DNA of 64,000 bases from an uncultured Pelagibacteraceae bacterium (GTDB lineage Bacteria; Pseudomonadota; Alphaproteobacteria; Pelagibacterales; Pelagibacteraceae), in contig CABZDY010000001.1 of the NCBI GenBank assembly GCA_902524635.1, forward strand, positions 19,477-83,476, in the 5' to 3' direction. Of the stretch, positions 9,844 through 19,918 are shown piece by piece. The notes under the pieces were generated by a model, which did not search any database, had not been told where the DNA came from, and saw only the letters and a program-made list of their open reading frames with translations. Made by a program: the position numbers and the translations under genes. Positions within the stretch are counted from its first letter, which is position 1. Every line of letters starts with the position of its first letter.

Positions 9844-9930
9844 CATAAGTGCAGCATTTATGGGAAATAATTAATAATGTAAAGTAAATAATGCTATTGA
9901 AATATTAAAATTTACTTCCATATATGGATC

Positions 9931-10494
9931 ATGATCAATCAACAAACACTCCAAAAACTTAGTGATTTTGAGGATAAATCGCTTTTGATAGTAGATGATG
10001 ACAATCCATTTAGACAAAGATTGGCAAGAGCTATGGAAAAAAAAGGTTTTTCAGTTACACAAGCTGAGAGTGTAAAGATTGGAATTGAGACAGTAAAATC
10101 ACAAAGCCCAGCATTTGCTGTTGTGGATCTAAGATTAAATGATGGTAATGGACTAGAGGTAGTAAAAGAAATTCAAAAGGGCAACATTAAAAGTAGAATT
10201 ATTATGTTAACGGGATATGGTAACATTCCAACAGCAGTTGCAGCAATTAAAGAGGGAGCAATTGATTATATTGCTAAGCCAGCAGATGCAGATGATGTCG
10301 AAAAGGCACTCTTAGCTGATCCTAATCAAAAACCTGCTCCTCCTGAAAATCCAATGTCTGCGGATAGAGTAAAATGGGAACATATACACAGGGTTTTTGA
10401 GTTATGTAATAGAAATGTCTCTGAAACTGCAAGAAGACTAAAAATGCATAGAAGAACTCTTCAGAGGATATTATCTAAAAGATCTCCAAGATAA
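9931..10494 (+). CDS. regA: RegA/PrrA/ActR redox response regulator
   Basis: Receiver domain plus signature PPENPMSADRVKWEHIHRV...NVSETARRLKMHRRTLQRILSKRSPR. Confidence 0.96.
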   Translation: MINQQTLQKLSDFEDKSLLIVDDDNPFRQRLARAMEKKGFSVTQAESVKIGIETVKSQSPAFAVVDLRLNDGNGLEVVKEIQKGNIKSRIIMLTGYGNIPTAVAAIKEGAIDYIAKPADADDVEKALLADPNQKPAPPENPMSADRVKWEHIHRVFELCNRNVSETARRLKMHRRTLQRILSKRSPR

Positions 10495-10495
10495 C

Positions 10496-11425
10496 TTAAT
10501 TTTTTGTAAGTCTTAAAAACACATCTTCAAGATCACCATCATCAGTTGAAATATCTTGTATTTTTATATCTTGTTTTTTTATTTCCGAAATTATTGAGTC
10601 AATGCTTATTTTACTCTTCTCATATGATAAAACTAACCTATTTCCGTCATTTGATATAACTTTTAATGACTCAAAAGTGTTGTCATCAATATAAGTTTTT
10701 TTATCTGTGGTTACATACACAATTTTTGTTTGAATTCTTTCCAAGAGATTTTTTGTCGTATCCAAGGCAACCAATTTTCCTCCACTTAGTATACCAATCC
10801 TATCGCACATTTTTTCTGCTTCCTCAAGATAATGAGTTGTTAGTATTGTTGTTACCCCTTGTTTGTTCAAAGATTTAACATTTTCCCACAATGTATTTCT
10901 AAGCTCCACATCTACTCCTGCGGTAGGTTCATCTAAAATTATAATTGGAGGTTGATGCACCATCGCTTTTGCTACTAGTAATCTTCTCTTCATACCACCT
11001 GATAAAGCTCTAGCATAACTGTCAGCTTGCTCTTCTAATGATACTAACTTTAATATGGTATCTGTAATTCTATCTTTTTCTCTAATTCCATATAGTCCTG
11101 CTTGAAGTTCTAAAAGTTTTCTTGGACTAAAAAATGGATCAAAGTTTACTTCTTGTGGAACAATTCCAATAGAGGCCCTAACTTGTCTAGGGTTTTTATC
11201 TAGGTTAAACCCCCAAACATTTACTTCACCTCCAGTTTTTACAACTGAGCCACCTAATATGTTTATGAATGTACTCTTTCCAGCTCCATTTGGTCCTAAT
11301 AGACCAAAAATTTCACCTTCTTTCACTTCTAAGTTTAAATTATTAAGTGCATGCGTTTGTTTAGAACCATTTTTTGAATAAACTTTATTCAAGTTTTTAA
11401 CAGTTAAGACGTTTTTTTTATTCAT
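10496..11425 (-). CDS. ABC transporter ATP-binding protein (YadG-like)
   Basis: GPNGAGKST, LSGGMKRR, LDEPTAGVD, TTHY. Confidence 0.9.
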   Translation of the reverse strand: MNKKNVLTVKNLNKVYSKNGSKQTHALNNLNLEVKEGEIFGLLGPNGAGKSTFINILGGSVVKTGGEVNVWGFNLDKNPRQVRASIGIVPQEVNFDPFFSPRKLLELQAGLYGIREKDRITDTILKLVSLEEQADSYARALSGGMKRRLLVAKAMVHQPPIIILDEPTAGVDVELRNTLWENVKSLNKQGVTTILTTHYLEEAEKMCDRIGILSGGKLVALDTTKNLLERIQTKIVYVTTDKKTYIDDNTFESLKVISNDGNRLVLSYEKSKISIDSIISEIKKQDIKIQDISTDDGDLEDVFLRLTKN

Positions 11426-11475
11426 ATGAGGGCATACATTTATTACATTTATGAAAATTAAGATATCATGACATT

Positions 11476-14250
11476 ATGGAGAAAATTAAAAAAAATGACC
11501 ATTTTTACTTAATAGATGGTTCGGGATACATTTTTAGAGCATATTATGCACTTCCTCCTTTAACTAGAAAAAGTGACGGATTGCCAGTCGGTGCCGTCAG
11601 CGGTTTTTGTAATATGCTTTTTAAATTATTGGAAGACTCTAAATCTAATGATAACCTGGAAAAACCGACACACTTTGCTGTAATATTTGACTCAGCAAGA
11701 AAAAATTTTAGAAATGAAATTTATTCAGATTATAAAGGAAATAGATCTGATGCACCAGACGATTTAATTCCTCAATTTGAATACATAAGGCAATCTGTAA
11801 AAGCCTTTAATTTACCTTCTATCGAATTAATTAACTATGAAGCAGATGATTTGATTGCAACCTATGTAGAGAAAATTTTAGACTTAGGTGCAAAAGTAAC
11901 AATTGTTTCATCTGATAAAGATTTGATGCAGCTTTATAAAAAAGGAGTCAGAATTTATGATCCAATGAAGAACAAATTTATAAATAAAGATGATGTAAAT
12001 AACAAATTTGGAGTTACTCCTGAAAAAGTCATAGATGTTCAGTCTTTAGCAGGTGATAGCACAGATAACGTACCTGGCGTACCTGGTATAGGAGTTAAAA
12101 CTGCTGCTGAATTGATAAATCAATATGGAACTTTAGAAAATTTATTAAAAAATGCTTCAAAAATAAAACAAAATAAAAGAAGAGAAACTTTAATAAATAA
12201 TAAAGATGATGCAATTATTAGTAAAAAACTAGTTACATTAAAAAAAGATGTGCCTGTAAAAAATAAAATTGAAGAATTCATATTGAAAAGTGTTGATAAA
12301 GACAAGCTTTATACTTTTCTAAGAGAAATGGAATTTAATAGACTATTGAGTTCTGCTATCTCTAAGTATGGGGGCATAAATGATCCTGAAACTAAAGATA
12401 TTGATAAAAATTCAGACAAAACATCAGAAATTAAGAAAAAAAATTATCAATTAATTAAAAGTGAGAAAGAAATAGAAGATTGGATGAAACAATCTGAGGA
12501 AATAGGTGAATTTGCAATAGATACTGAAACAACCTCATTAGACCCTCACACAGCAAAGTTAGTTGGTATCTCAATTTCTAACAGAATTGGAAATGCATGT
12601 TACATTCCATTAAATCATGTTAGCGGAAATAATCTTAACGAAAAAAAAGTCTTAAAAATTTTAAAACTTTATTTAGAGGATGAAAGCATTAAAAAAGTAG
12701 GACAAAATATTAAGTTTGATTTTATTGTCTTTTATCACCGTGGAATAACTTTAAACTCCATGGAAGATACTATGCTTATGTCTTACACACTAGATGCTGG
12801 TAAAAATAGGCATAATATGGATACTCTCTCAGAGATCCATCTAGGTCATAAAACTATAAATTTTAAAGAATTAGTTGGAACAGGAAAAAAACAACTTAAC
12901 TTTTCTGAAGTGGATATACCTCAAGCTAAAGATTACGCTGCTGAAGATGCAGATATTACATTTAGATTGTACAAAATTTTTTTAAAATCATTAAAAGCTG
13001 AAAAATTATTGAATATTTATGAGTTATTTGAAAAACCACTAATAAAAATACTAGCAGAAATGGAGATAAAAGGTATTAAATTAGATAAATCTTCACTAAT
13101 CAAACTATCTTCAAAATTTTCAACTAAAATCGAAAAATTAGAAAAATCTATTTTTAAGATTTCAAAAAAAACATTTAAAATTGGATCAACCAAGCAACTT
13201 GGTGAAATAATGTATAATGATTTAAAAATAGCAGCTTTAAAAAAAACTAAAAAAGGAAGTTTTGCTACTAGTGCTTCAGTTTTAGAAGATTTAGTTTTTA
13301 AAGGTTATGAATTTCCAAGACTCATCTTGGAATGGAGGCAAATTAGTAAACTTAAAAATACTTACTCAGATGCATTGCCAGAACATATAAATCAAAATAC
13401 TCAAAGAGTTCATACATCCTTCTTGTTAGCAGCTACTACAACAGGTAGACTTGCATCTAGTGATCCAAATCTACAAAATATCCCAATAAAATCAGATGAT
13501 GGTAAGGATATAAGAAAAGCGTTTGTTTCAGAAAAAAACAATAAATTGATTTCAGCAGACTACAATCAAGTTGAGATGAGAATTTTAGCTGATCTGGCTG
13601 ATGTAAAACATCTAAAAAAGGCATTTTTAAATAATGAGGATATTCATACTTTAACTGCTAGTCAGGTTTTTGGAAAAGAAATTAATAAAATTGATTCAGA
13701 AACAAGAAGAAAAGCAAAAGCAATTAATTTTGGAATAATTTATGGTATTTCACAATATGGTTTAGCCAAACAAATTAATGTTTCAAACAATGAAGCAGAA
13801 GAATTTTTAAATTCTTATTTTAAAAAATTTCCAGAAATTAAAGATTATATGAAAACAACTGTAAATTTTTGTAGAAAAAGTGGCTATGTAAGTAATATAT
13901 TTGGAAGAAAAACACACCTCACTGGAATTAATGATAAGAATTTTAATGTAAGAAATTTTCAGGAGAGGGCAGCGATAAATGCTCCAATTCAAGGGTCAGC
14001 ATCAGAGATAATGAGATTAGCAATGATTAGGATAAATAAAGAAATCTCAAATAATAAAAATAATAGTCTAAAAATGTTGTTACAAATACATGATGAGTTA
14101 ATCTTTGAGGAAAGCTCAAAAGAAACAAAAAAAAGTACTAAATTAATTAAGGATTTGATGTTGAGTGTGAAAGATAGTGAGCTTCACTCATTTTCAATAC
14201 CTCTTTTAGTCGATGTAAATATTGGAGAAAATTGGGGCGAACTTCATTAG
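11476..14250 (+). CDS. polA: DNA polymerase I
   Basis: 5'-3' exo LIDGSGYIFRAYYA, 3'-5' exo DTET, TGRLASSDPNLQNIP, ADYNQVEMR, KAINFGIIYG, QIHDEL. Confidence 0.98.
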   Translation: MEKIKKNDHFYLIDGSGYIFRAYYALPPLTRKSDGLPVGAVSGFCNMLFKLLEDSKSNDNLEKPTHFAVIFDSARKNFRNEIYSDYKGNRSDAPDDLIPQFEYIRQSVKAFNLPSIELINYEADDLIATYVEKILDLGAKVTIVSSDKDLMQLYKKGVRIYDPMKNKFINKDDVNNKFGVTPEKVIDVQSLAGDSTDNVPGVPGIGVKTAAELINQYGTLENLLKNASKIKQNKRRETLINNKDDAIISKKLVTLKKDVPVKNKIEEFILKSVDKDKLYTFLREMEFNRLLSSAISKYGGINDPETKDIDKNSDKTSEIKKKNYQLIKSEKEIEDWMKQSEEIGEFAIDTETTSLDPHTAKLVGISISNRIGNACYIPLNHVSGNNLNEKKVLKILKLYLEDESIKKVGQNIKFDFIVFYHRGITLNSMEDTMLMSYTLDAGKNRHNMDTLSEIHLGHKTINFKELVGTGKKQLNFSEVDIPQAKDYAAEDADITFRLYKIFLKSLKAEKLLNIYELFEKPLIKILAEMEIKGIKLDKSSLIKLSSKFSTKIEKLEKSIFKISKKTFKIGSTKQLGEIMYNDLKIAALKKTKKGSFATSASVLEDLVFKGYEFPRLILEWRQISKLKNTYSDALPEHINQNTQRVHTSFLLAATTTGRLASSDPNLQNIPIKSDDGKDIRKAFVSEKNNKLISADYNQVEMRILADLADVKHLKKAFLNNEDIHTLTASQVFGKEINKIDSETRRKAKAINFGIIYGISQYGLAKQINVSNNEAEEFLNSYFKKFPEIKDYMKTTVNFCRKSGYVSNIFGRKTHLTGINDKNFNVRNFQERAAINAPIQGSASEIMRLAMIRINKEISNNKNNSLKMLLQIHDELIFEESSKETKKSTKLIKDLMLSVKDSELHSFSIPLLVDVNIGENWGELH

Positions 14251-14260
14251 AAACAAACAA

Positions 14261-14289
14261 TTGCCCTATTATGAACAATTTAGTATTTT
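14261..14289 (+). promoter_or_regulatory. Putative promoter of chvI
   Basis: TTGCCC-17 bp-TATTTT, 11 nt before ATG. Confidence 0.4.
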
Positions 14290-14300
14290 TACTCTAAATT

Positions 14301-15005
14301 ATGGTACAAACAATTGCTTTAGTAGATGACGATCGAAATCTTTTAACATCTGTACAGATGGCTTTAGAAGAAGAAGGTTTTAAAGTTCAAACTTATATAG
14401 ATGGTGAAAATGCTCTTGTTGGGTTAACAAGAACTCCACCTGATCTTGCTGTGATTGACATTAAAATGCCAAGGATGGATGGTGAAGAACTTCTAAGAAA
14501 ACTTAGAAAAAAAACTTCTATGCCAGTTATTTTTTTAACTTCAAAAGATCAAGTAACTGATGAAGTTAGTGGATTAAAACTAGGTGCAGACGACTTTGTT
14601 GGTAAAACTGGAGGGTTCTCAACCAAAGTTTTAGTTGAAAGAATTAAAGTTCAATTGAGAAAAAAGGATAAGGATATCAATATCGAAGAAAATAAGAATG
14701 TAATTTCTCATGGTAAATTAAAATTAGATCCTTCCCAACTTGAATGTGAGTGGGATGGGAAACAATTACCTGATAAACTGACCACAACTGAATTTAAAAT
14801 TGTTGAGGAGCTAGCAAAAAGGCCAGGGATGATTAAAGAAAGAGCTTTGCTGATGGATGTAGCTTATCGAGAAGACACAGATATAGAAGATAGAACTATT
14901 GATAGTCACGTTAAAAGAATAAGAAAAAAATTTAAAAAAGTAGATAGTGATTTCTCAGCAATTGAAACAAGATATGGAAGTGGATATAGATGGAATGTTA
15001 AATAA
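14301..15005 (+). CDS. chvI: OmpR-family response regulator ChvI
   Basis: IALVDDDRNLLTSV, DIKMPRMDG, DRTIDSHVKRIRKKFK, IETRYGSGYRW; upstream of kinase and ahcY. Confidence 0.92.
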   Translation: MVQTIALVDDDRNLLTSVQMALEEEGFKVQTYIDGENALVGLTRTPPDLAVIDIKMPRMDGEELLRKLRKKTSMPVIFLTSKDQVTDEVSGLKLGADDFVGKTGGFSTKVLVERIKVQLRKKDKDINIEENKNVISHGKLKLDPSQLECEWDGKQLPDKLTTTEFKIVEELAKRPGMIKERALLMDVAYREDTDIEDRTIDSHVKRIRKKFKKVDSDFSAIETRYGSGYRWNVK

Positions 15006-15010
15006 TAATT

Positions 15011-16513
15011 ATGGGAAAAATACTAAAAAATCTCTCTATATTACAGAAATTCCTATTTATTAATCTAGTTGTCTTTATAGTTATAATAATTATAACATTT
15101 TTCTACTTAGGAGTTATTCAAAACAATTTAATCAGTGAAAAACAAAAGAATCATAATAAAATAATAACTCAAACAATATTAAATCTAGAAAAGTCTAATA
15201 TAAAATTTAGTGAATATGGAATAAGTGAATTTTTATTTTCTAAAAAATCCCGATTTCCTTACTTTGAGAAATTAGATAGGGTCATATTTTTTGATAATAA
15301 ATTAAATTGGATTGGTGATACAAGATCTATACCATCATCGACTTTATTAATTGAAGAACTAACTCAACAATCCAGTGAGGATAATTTTAATAATAAAGAA
15401 AATAAAAAAAAAACAATTTTTGATGAAGATATTAATAGATATTATTTATCAGCATCAGAAAAACCTTTAACTAATTTAAAAAAAATTCAAGAACAGTATT
15501 TTGTTTTTAGTATCAAGAGTGTTAATTATTCAAAAAATAAAGGTTATATTCTTATTTCTGAAAATGCTGACAATATAATTGCACAAGTTGAAGAGAGAGA
15601 GAAATTTATTATTAGAACAGCGCTTGTAGTTCTTTTAGTTATTCTTATTTTTTCATATGTTTTAAATAGATATTTTTTAAAACCTATCAAAAATTTAGTT
15701 ACCTATACCAAAATTATAAAAGACAAAAGTAATGAAAAATCATATATAGAAAGGATTAAGGCAAGAAATGATGAATTAGGAATATTATCAAAATCGCTTG
15801 ATGAAATGACTAGAGAATTAAATAAAAGAATATCAACTGCTGAAAATTATTCAACAGATTTACTTCATGAAATAAGAAATCCTTTAGCCTCATTAAAAAG
15901 TGCGTCTGAGATAATTTCAGAAACAGAAGATAAAAATAAAAGAGAAAAGTTAGTTAATATTGTATCTCACGATGTTGAGAGAATAGAAAGGTTAATTACT
16001 GATTATTCCCAAATGCTGAAAGATGAGGCAGTAATTTCCACAGAAACAATGAGAAAAATTGATATAATGGATATTGCAAAATCTGTAGTTGACGATTTTA
16101 ACAATATTTATAATTCAAAGAGAAAAATACAAATAAAATTAAAATCTAATGGATCTGAAAATTATTTCATTCTTGGTATCCACAACAGGATAGAACAAAT
16201 TATTGCAAATTTACTTGAAAATTCAATTTCTTTTAGTGAAAAGAATCAAGAAATCTTAGTAGAGGTTAGTAAAGATCAAGAGGGAAGGCCAAGACTTGTC
16301 GTAATCGACGAGGGAAAAGGCTTTAGCGAGAAGGATACAGCTAAAATTTTCAATAGATTTTATAGCAATAGACCCGAAAACTTTGGAGAACACTCTGGCT
16401 TAGGCCTAAATATAGTGAAAAACTTAGTTGAATTACATAACGGGCAGATTAAAGCTGAAAATAATAAAGAGAAGGGTGCAAAAGTTGAAATTATTTTCCC
16501 GGCGACCCAATGA
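15011..16513 (+). CDS. chvG: Sensor histidine kinase ChvG/ExoS-like
   Basis: 2 TM, HAMP, HEIRNPLASL, RFYSNRP..FGEHSGLGL; paired with chvI. Confidence 0.85.
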   Translation: MGKILKNLSILQKFLFINLVVFIVIIIITFFYLGVIQNNLISEKQKNHNKIITQTILNLEKSNIKFSEYGISEFLFSKKSRFPYFEKLDRVIFFDNKLNWIGDTRSIPSSTLLIEELTQQSSEDNFNNKENKKKTIFDEDINRYYLSASEKPLTNLKKIQEQYFVFSIKSVNYSKNKGYILISENADNIIAQVEEREKFIIRTALVVLLVILIFSYVLNRYFLKPIKNLVTYTKIIKDKSNEKSYIERIKARNDELGILSKSLDEMTRELNKRISTAENYSTDLLHEIRNPLASLKSASEIISETEDKNKREKLVNIVSHDVERIERLITDYSQMLKDEAVISTETMRKIDIMDIAKSVVDDFNNIYNSKRKIQIKLKSNGSENYFILGIHNRIEQIIANLLENSISFSEKNQEILVEVSKDQEGRPRLVVIDEGKGFSEKDTAKIFNRFYSNRPENFGEHSGLGLNIVKNLVELHNGQIKAENNKEKGAKVEIIFPATQ

Positions 16514-16517
16514 AAAG

Positions 16518-16546
16518 TTGATTAATATAAATAAAGTTGCTACAAG
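16518..16546 (+). promoter_or_regulatory. Putative promoter of ahcY
   Basis: TTGATT-17 bp-TACAAG with extended TGn, 9 nt before ATG. Confidence 0.45.
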
Positions 16547-16555
16547 CCCTACCTT

Positions 16556-17842
16556 ATGACAGATTATAAAGTAAAAGATATTAACGAAGCAGAATTTGGA
16601 AGAAAAGAAATCTCTCTAGCAGAGACTGAAATGCCAGGATTAATGGCAGTAAGAGCTGAATATAAAGGCAAAAATCCTCTTAAAGGTGCAAGAATCTTAG
16701 GATGTCTTCATATGACAATTCAAACTGCAGTTTTGATTGAAACTTTAGTCGATTTAGGTGCAGAATGTAGATGGTCTTCATGCAATATATTTTCAACACA
16801 AGATCATGCAGCAGCAGCGATTGCAAAAGCTGGTATCCCAGTATTTGCTTGGAAGGGTGAGACAGAGGAAGAATATTGGTGGTGCGTTAAACAAACTATT
16901 GAAGGCAAAAAAGATTGGATACCTAACATGATTTTAGATGATGGTGGAGATCTTACTGCTCTTATGCATAAGGATTATAAAGATTTATTAAAAGGTATAA
17001 AAGGCTTAAGCGAAGAAACAACAACAGGTGTTTTAGCGCTTAAAAAAATGGAAGAACAAGGACAATTGTTAGTGCCAGCAATTAATGTTAACGACTCAGT
17101 AACAAAATCAAAATTCGATAACTTATATGGGTGTAGAGAAAGTTTAGTTGATGGAATTAAAAGAGCTACTGATGTAATGATGTCAGGAAAAGTTGCAATC
17201 GTTGCAGGCTTTGGTGATGTTGGAAAAGGTAGTGCAGCATCTTTAAGACAAAGTGGAGCAAGAGTTTTAGTAACGGAAACTGATCCTATTTGCGCATTGC
17301 AAGCTGCTATGGAAGGTTACGAAGTAGTATTAATGGATGAAGTGATAGGTCAAGCAGATATTGTTGTAACTGCAACTGGAAATAAAGATGTAGTAACAGC
17401 AGATCATATGAGAGCTATGAAAGACAGATCTATTCTATGTAACATTGGACACTTTGATAATGAAATTCAAGTTGAGGCATTGAAAAATTATAAATGGGAT
17501 GAAGTAAAACCCCAAGTTCACGAAATAACATTCCCAGATGATAAAAGATTAATTTTGTTAGCTGAGGGAAGACTTGTAAATTTAGGTTGTGGAACTGGTC
17601 ACCCAAGTTTTGTTATGAGTGCATCATTTACCAACCAAGTTATTGCTCAAATTGAGCTTTGGAATAATTCAGATAACTATGAAAATAAAGTTTATGTGCT
17701 TCCTAAACACTTAGATGAAAAGGTAGCAAGGCTTCACTTGGATAAAGTTGGTGCAAAATTAACTCCACTATCTAAAGAGCAAGCTGACTATATAAGTGTA
17801 ACACCAGAGGGACCATACAAGCCTCATGCTTATCGCTACTAG
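16556..17842 (+). CDS. ahcY: Adenosylhomocysteinase
   Basis: [49 protein letters not shown]. Confidence 0.98.
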   Translation: MTDYKVKDINEAEFGRKEISLAETEMPGLMAVRAEYKGKNPLKGARILGCLHMTIQTAVLIETLVDLGAECRWSSCNIFSTQDHAAAAIAKAGIPVFAWKGETEEEYWWCVKQTIEGKKDWIPNMILDDGGDLTALMHKDYKDLLKGIKGLSEETTTGVLALKKMEEQGQLLVPAINVNDSVTKSKFDNLYGCRESLVDGIKRATDVMMSGKVAIVAGFGDVGKGSAASLRQSGARVLVTETDPICALQAAMEGYEVVLMDEVIGQADIVVTATGNKDVVTADHMRAMKDRSILCNIGHFDNEIQVEALKNYKWDEVKPQVHEITFPDDKRLILLAEGRLVNLGCGTGHPSFVMSASFTNQVIAQIELWNNSDNYENKVYVLPKHLDEKVARLHLDKVGAKLTPLSKEQADYISVTPEGPYKPHAYRY

Positions 17843-18305
17843 AAGTGGCAAAATAAATATTTCTAAAGAAAAAGATACTAAACTTATAGCTGAACGTCTT
17901 TGTAAGCATATTAATTTAGGAGATTTCATACTTTTAACCGGTAATCTAGGTGTAGGAAAAACTACTTTCATAAAATATATTATTAATTCACTTCAAAGAA
18001 TAAATAGACAGAAATTATCAGAAGTTCCTAGTCCTACTTTTAATATTACTAATGAGTATCAGATAAAAAAAATTTTAATAAAGCATTTCGATTTATACAG
18101 AATCAAAAATGAAAAAGAGCTTAATAATTTGGGTATCCAAGAAAATTTAAAAAAACAGATAACCCTAGTTGAATGGCCAGAAATTATAAAAAAACTAAAA
18201 ATAAAAAATAGTATTAGCTTAATCTTTAAATATAATGAAAGCTATACTGAACGTTATCTTACAATAATTTCAAAAAACAAAAAAATAATTAATGAATTTA
18301 AATAA
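17826..18305 (+). CDS. tsaE: t6A tRNA modification ATPase TsaE
   Basis: [24 protein letters not shown]. Confidence 0.93.
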   Translation: MLIATRSGKINISKEKDTKLIAERLCKHINLGDFILLTGNLGVGKTTFIKYIINSLQRINRQKLSEVPSPTFNITNEYQIKKILIKHFDLYRIKNEKELNNLGIQENLKKQITLVEWPEIIKKLKIKNSISLIFKYNESYTERYLTIISKNKKIINEFK

Positions 18306-19242
18306 ATTAAAAAAACTAACTGGAGATGCATCATTTAGAAATTTTTATAGAGGAAAAAAAAATATTCTCGTTCATTGTGTAAAAAACAAAAAAAGTAATT
18401 TGTTAGAATACGATGCTATTAATAAAATATTAATTAAAAAAAATATTTTAGCCCCAAGATTAATATCTCAGAATTATAAAAATAATTATATTGAGATTGA
18501 AGATTTTGGTGATTTAACAGTATTTAAAAAATTTCAAAAAAAATCAATAAACAAAAAAATTTACTATAAAAAAATTATAAATTTATTAATCAGCATCAAA
18601 AATATAAAAACTAAATATCAAAAAACATTTTTGAAAACTAACTATAAAGTGCCAGACTATTCATTAAAAAAATTATTAGATGAGTCTAATTTATTTTTAG
18701 ACTGGTATTTACCAAAATATGTTAAAAGAGGAAAAAGTAGAATTTTAAAAATTAAATTTAATAAGATATTTAAAAAATTACTAAACAACATCTATTATAA
18801 AAATAAAGTTTTTGTACATCGAGATTTTCATATATCTAATTTAATGATAACTAAAAAAGGTTTAGGGCTGATAGATAGTCAAGATGCTGTATATGGTAAT
18901 ATTGCATATGATTTAGCTTCTCTTATCGATGATGTCAGGTTTAAAACAGACATTAAGACTAAAAAATATATTTTTGATGAATTCATAAAAAAAAATAAAC
19001 AATTAAATCTTAAAAAGTTCAAAAATGATTTTGAGATCTTATCTGTCTTAAGGAATTTAAAAATAGTTGGCATATTTACTAGGTTATCTGTAAGAGATAA
19101 AAAAAATAAATATCTTAAACTTATACCTCATGCATGGGAGTTAATCGATTACAGAACTCTGAATAATCCAATATTCAAAGACTTAAATTACCTTTTAAGT
19201 AAAAACTTTGATAGAAAAATTAGAAAGTCTTATGAAAATTAA
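18292..19242 (+). CDS. amgK: Anomeric MurNAc/GlcNAc kinase (APH-family phosphotransferase)
   Basis: GDASFRNFYR, HRDFHISNLM, IDSQDA, YDLASL; tsaE-amgK-murU synteny. Confidence 0.8.
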   Translation: MNLNKLKKLTGDASFRNFYRGKKNILVHCVKNKKSNLLEYDAINKILIKKNILAPRLISQNYKNNYIEIEDFGDLTVFKKFQKKSINKKIYYKKIINLLISIKNIKTKYQKTFLKTNYKVPDYSLKKLLDESNLFLDWYLPKYVKRGKSRILKIKFNKIFKKLLNNIYYKNKVFVHRDFHISNLMITKKGLGLIDSQDAVYGNIAYDLASLIDDVRFKTDIKTKKYIFDEFIKKNKQLNLKKFKNDFEILSVLRNLKIVGIFTRLSVRDKKNKYLKLIPHAWELIDYRTLNNPIFKDLNYLLSKNFDRKIRKSYEN

Positions 19243-19918
19243 AACTGCACTAATACTCTGTGCTGGATTTGGTAAAAGAGTTCAACCGATAACAGACAGT
19301 TTGCCTAAGCCATTAATAGTTTATAAAAATGAAACCTTATTAGAAAATACAATTAATTTTCTTATAAAAATAAAAATCAAAAAAATTAAAATTAATGTTT
19401 TTTATTTAAAAGAAAAGATCATAGATTTTATTGATAGTAAAAATTTCCCATTAAATATTGAAATTGTAGATGATGGTGAGATAATCTTAGGAACAGGAGG
19501 TGGTACTCTAAGTCTTATAAATAAATCTAATGAGGACGATGTTCTAGTAATCAATCCAGATACAATTTGGAATGATAGTTATATCGACTCAATTGATGCA
19601 ATGGAAAAAATTTACTTTGACAGAAAAATGAAAAACATTTTATTAATTGTAAATAACTCTACATGTTTTGATAAAAGATTTAATGGAGATTTTGAGATAA
19701 AAAATAATATCCTTCTAAAGGAAAAAATAAATAATTTTAAATATACTGGATGTCAAATATTTAATAAGGACTTAATATCTCATAAACAATTAAATTATTT
19801 TCCTATATCTGAAATATGGGATGCGCTTTTGAGAGAAAGCAAACTCTACGGTTATGAGCATAAAGGTGAATTCAAGCATTTAACTGATTTTGAAATATAC
19901 GAAAAATTATTTATTTAG
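19232..19918 (+). CDS. murU: MurNAc-1-phosphate uridylyltransferase-like nucleotidyltransferase
   Basis: ALILCAGFGKRVQPIT..PKPL, LGTGGG; start taken at ATG 19232 (MKIKTAL). Confidence 0.75.
   Translation: MKIKTALILCAGFGKRVQPITDSLPKPLIVYKNETLLENTINFLIKIKIKKIKINVFYLKEKIIDFIDSKNFPLNIEIVDDGEIILGTGGGTLSLINKSNEDDVLVINPDTIWNDSYIDSIDAMEKIYFDRKMKNILLIVNNSTCFDKRFNGDFEIKNNILLKEKINNFKYTGCQIFNKDLISHKQLNYFPISEIWDALLRESKLYGYEHKGEFKHLTDFEIYEKLFI

Noticed and set aside
16514-16555. Possible SAM/SAH riboswitch upstream of ahcY
   Set aside because: Only 42 nt, fully taken by a promoter-like sequence; no aptamer structure
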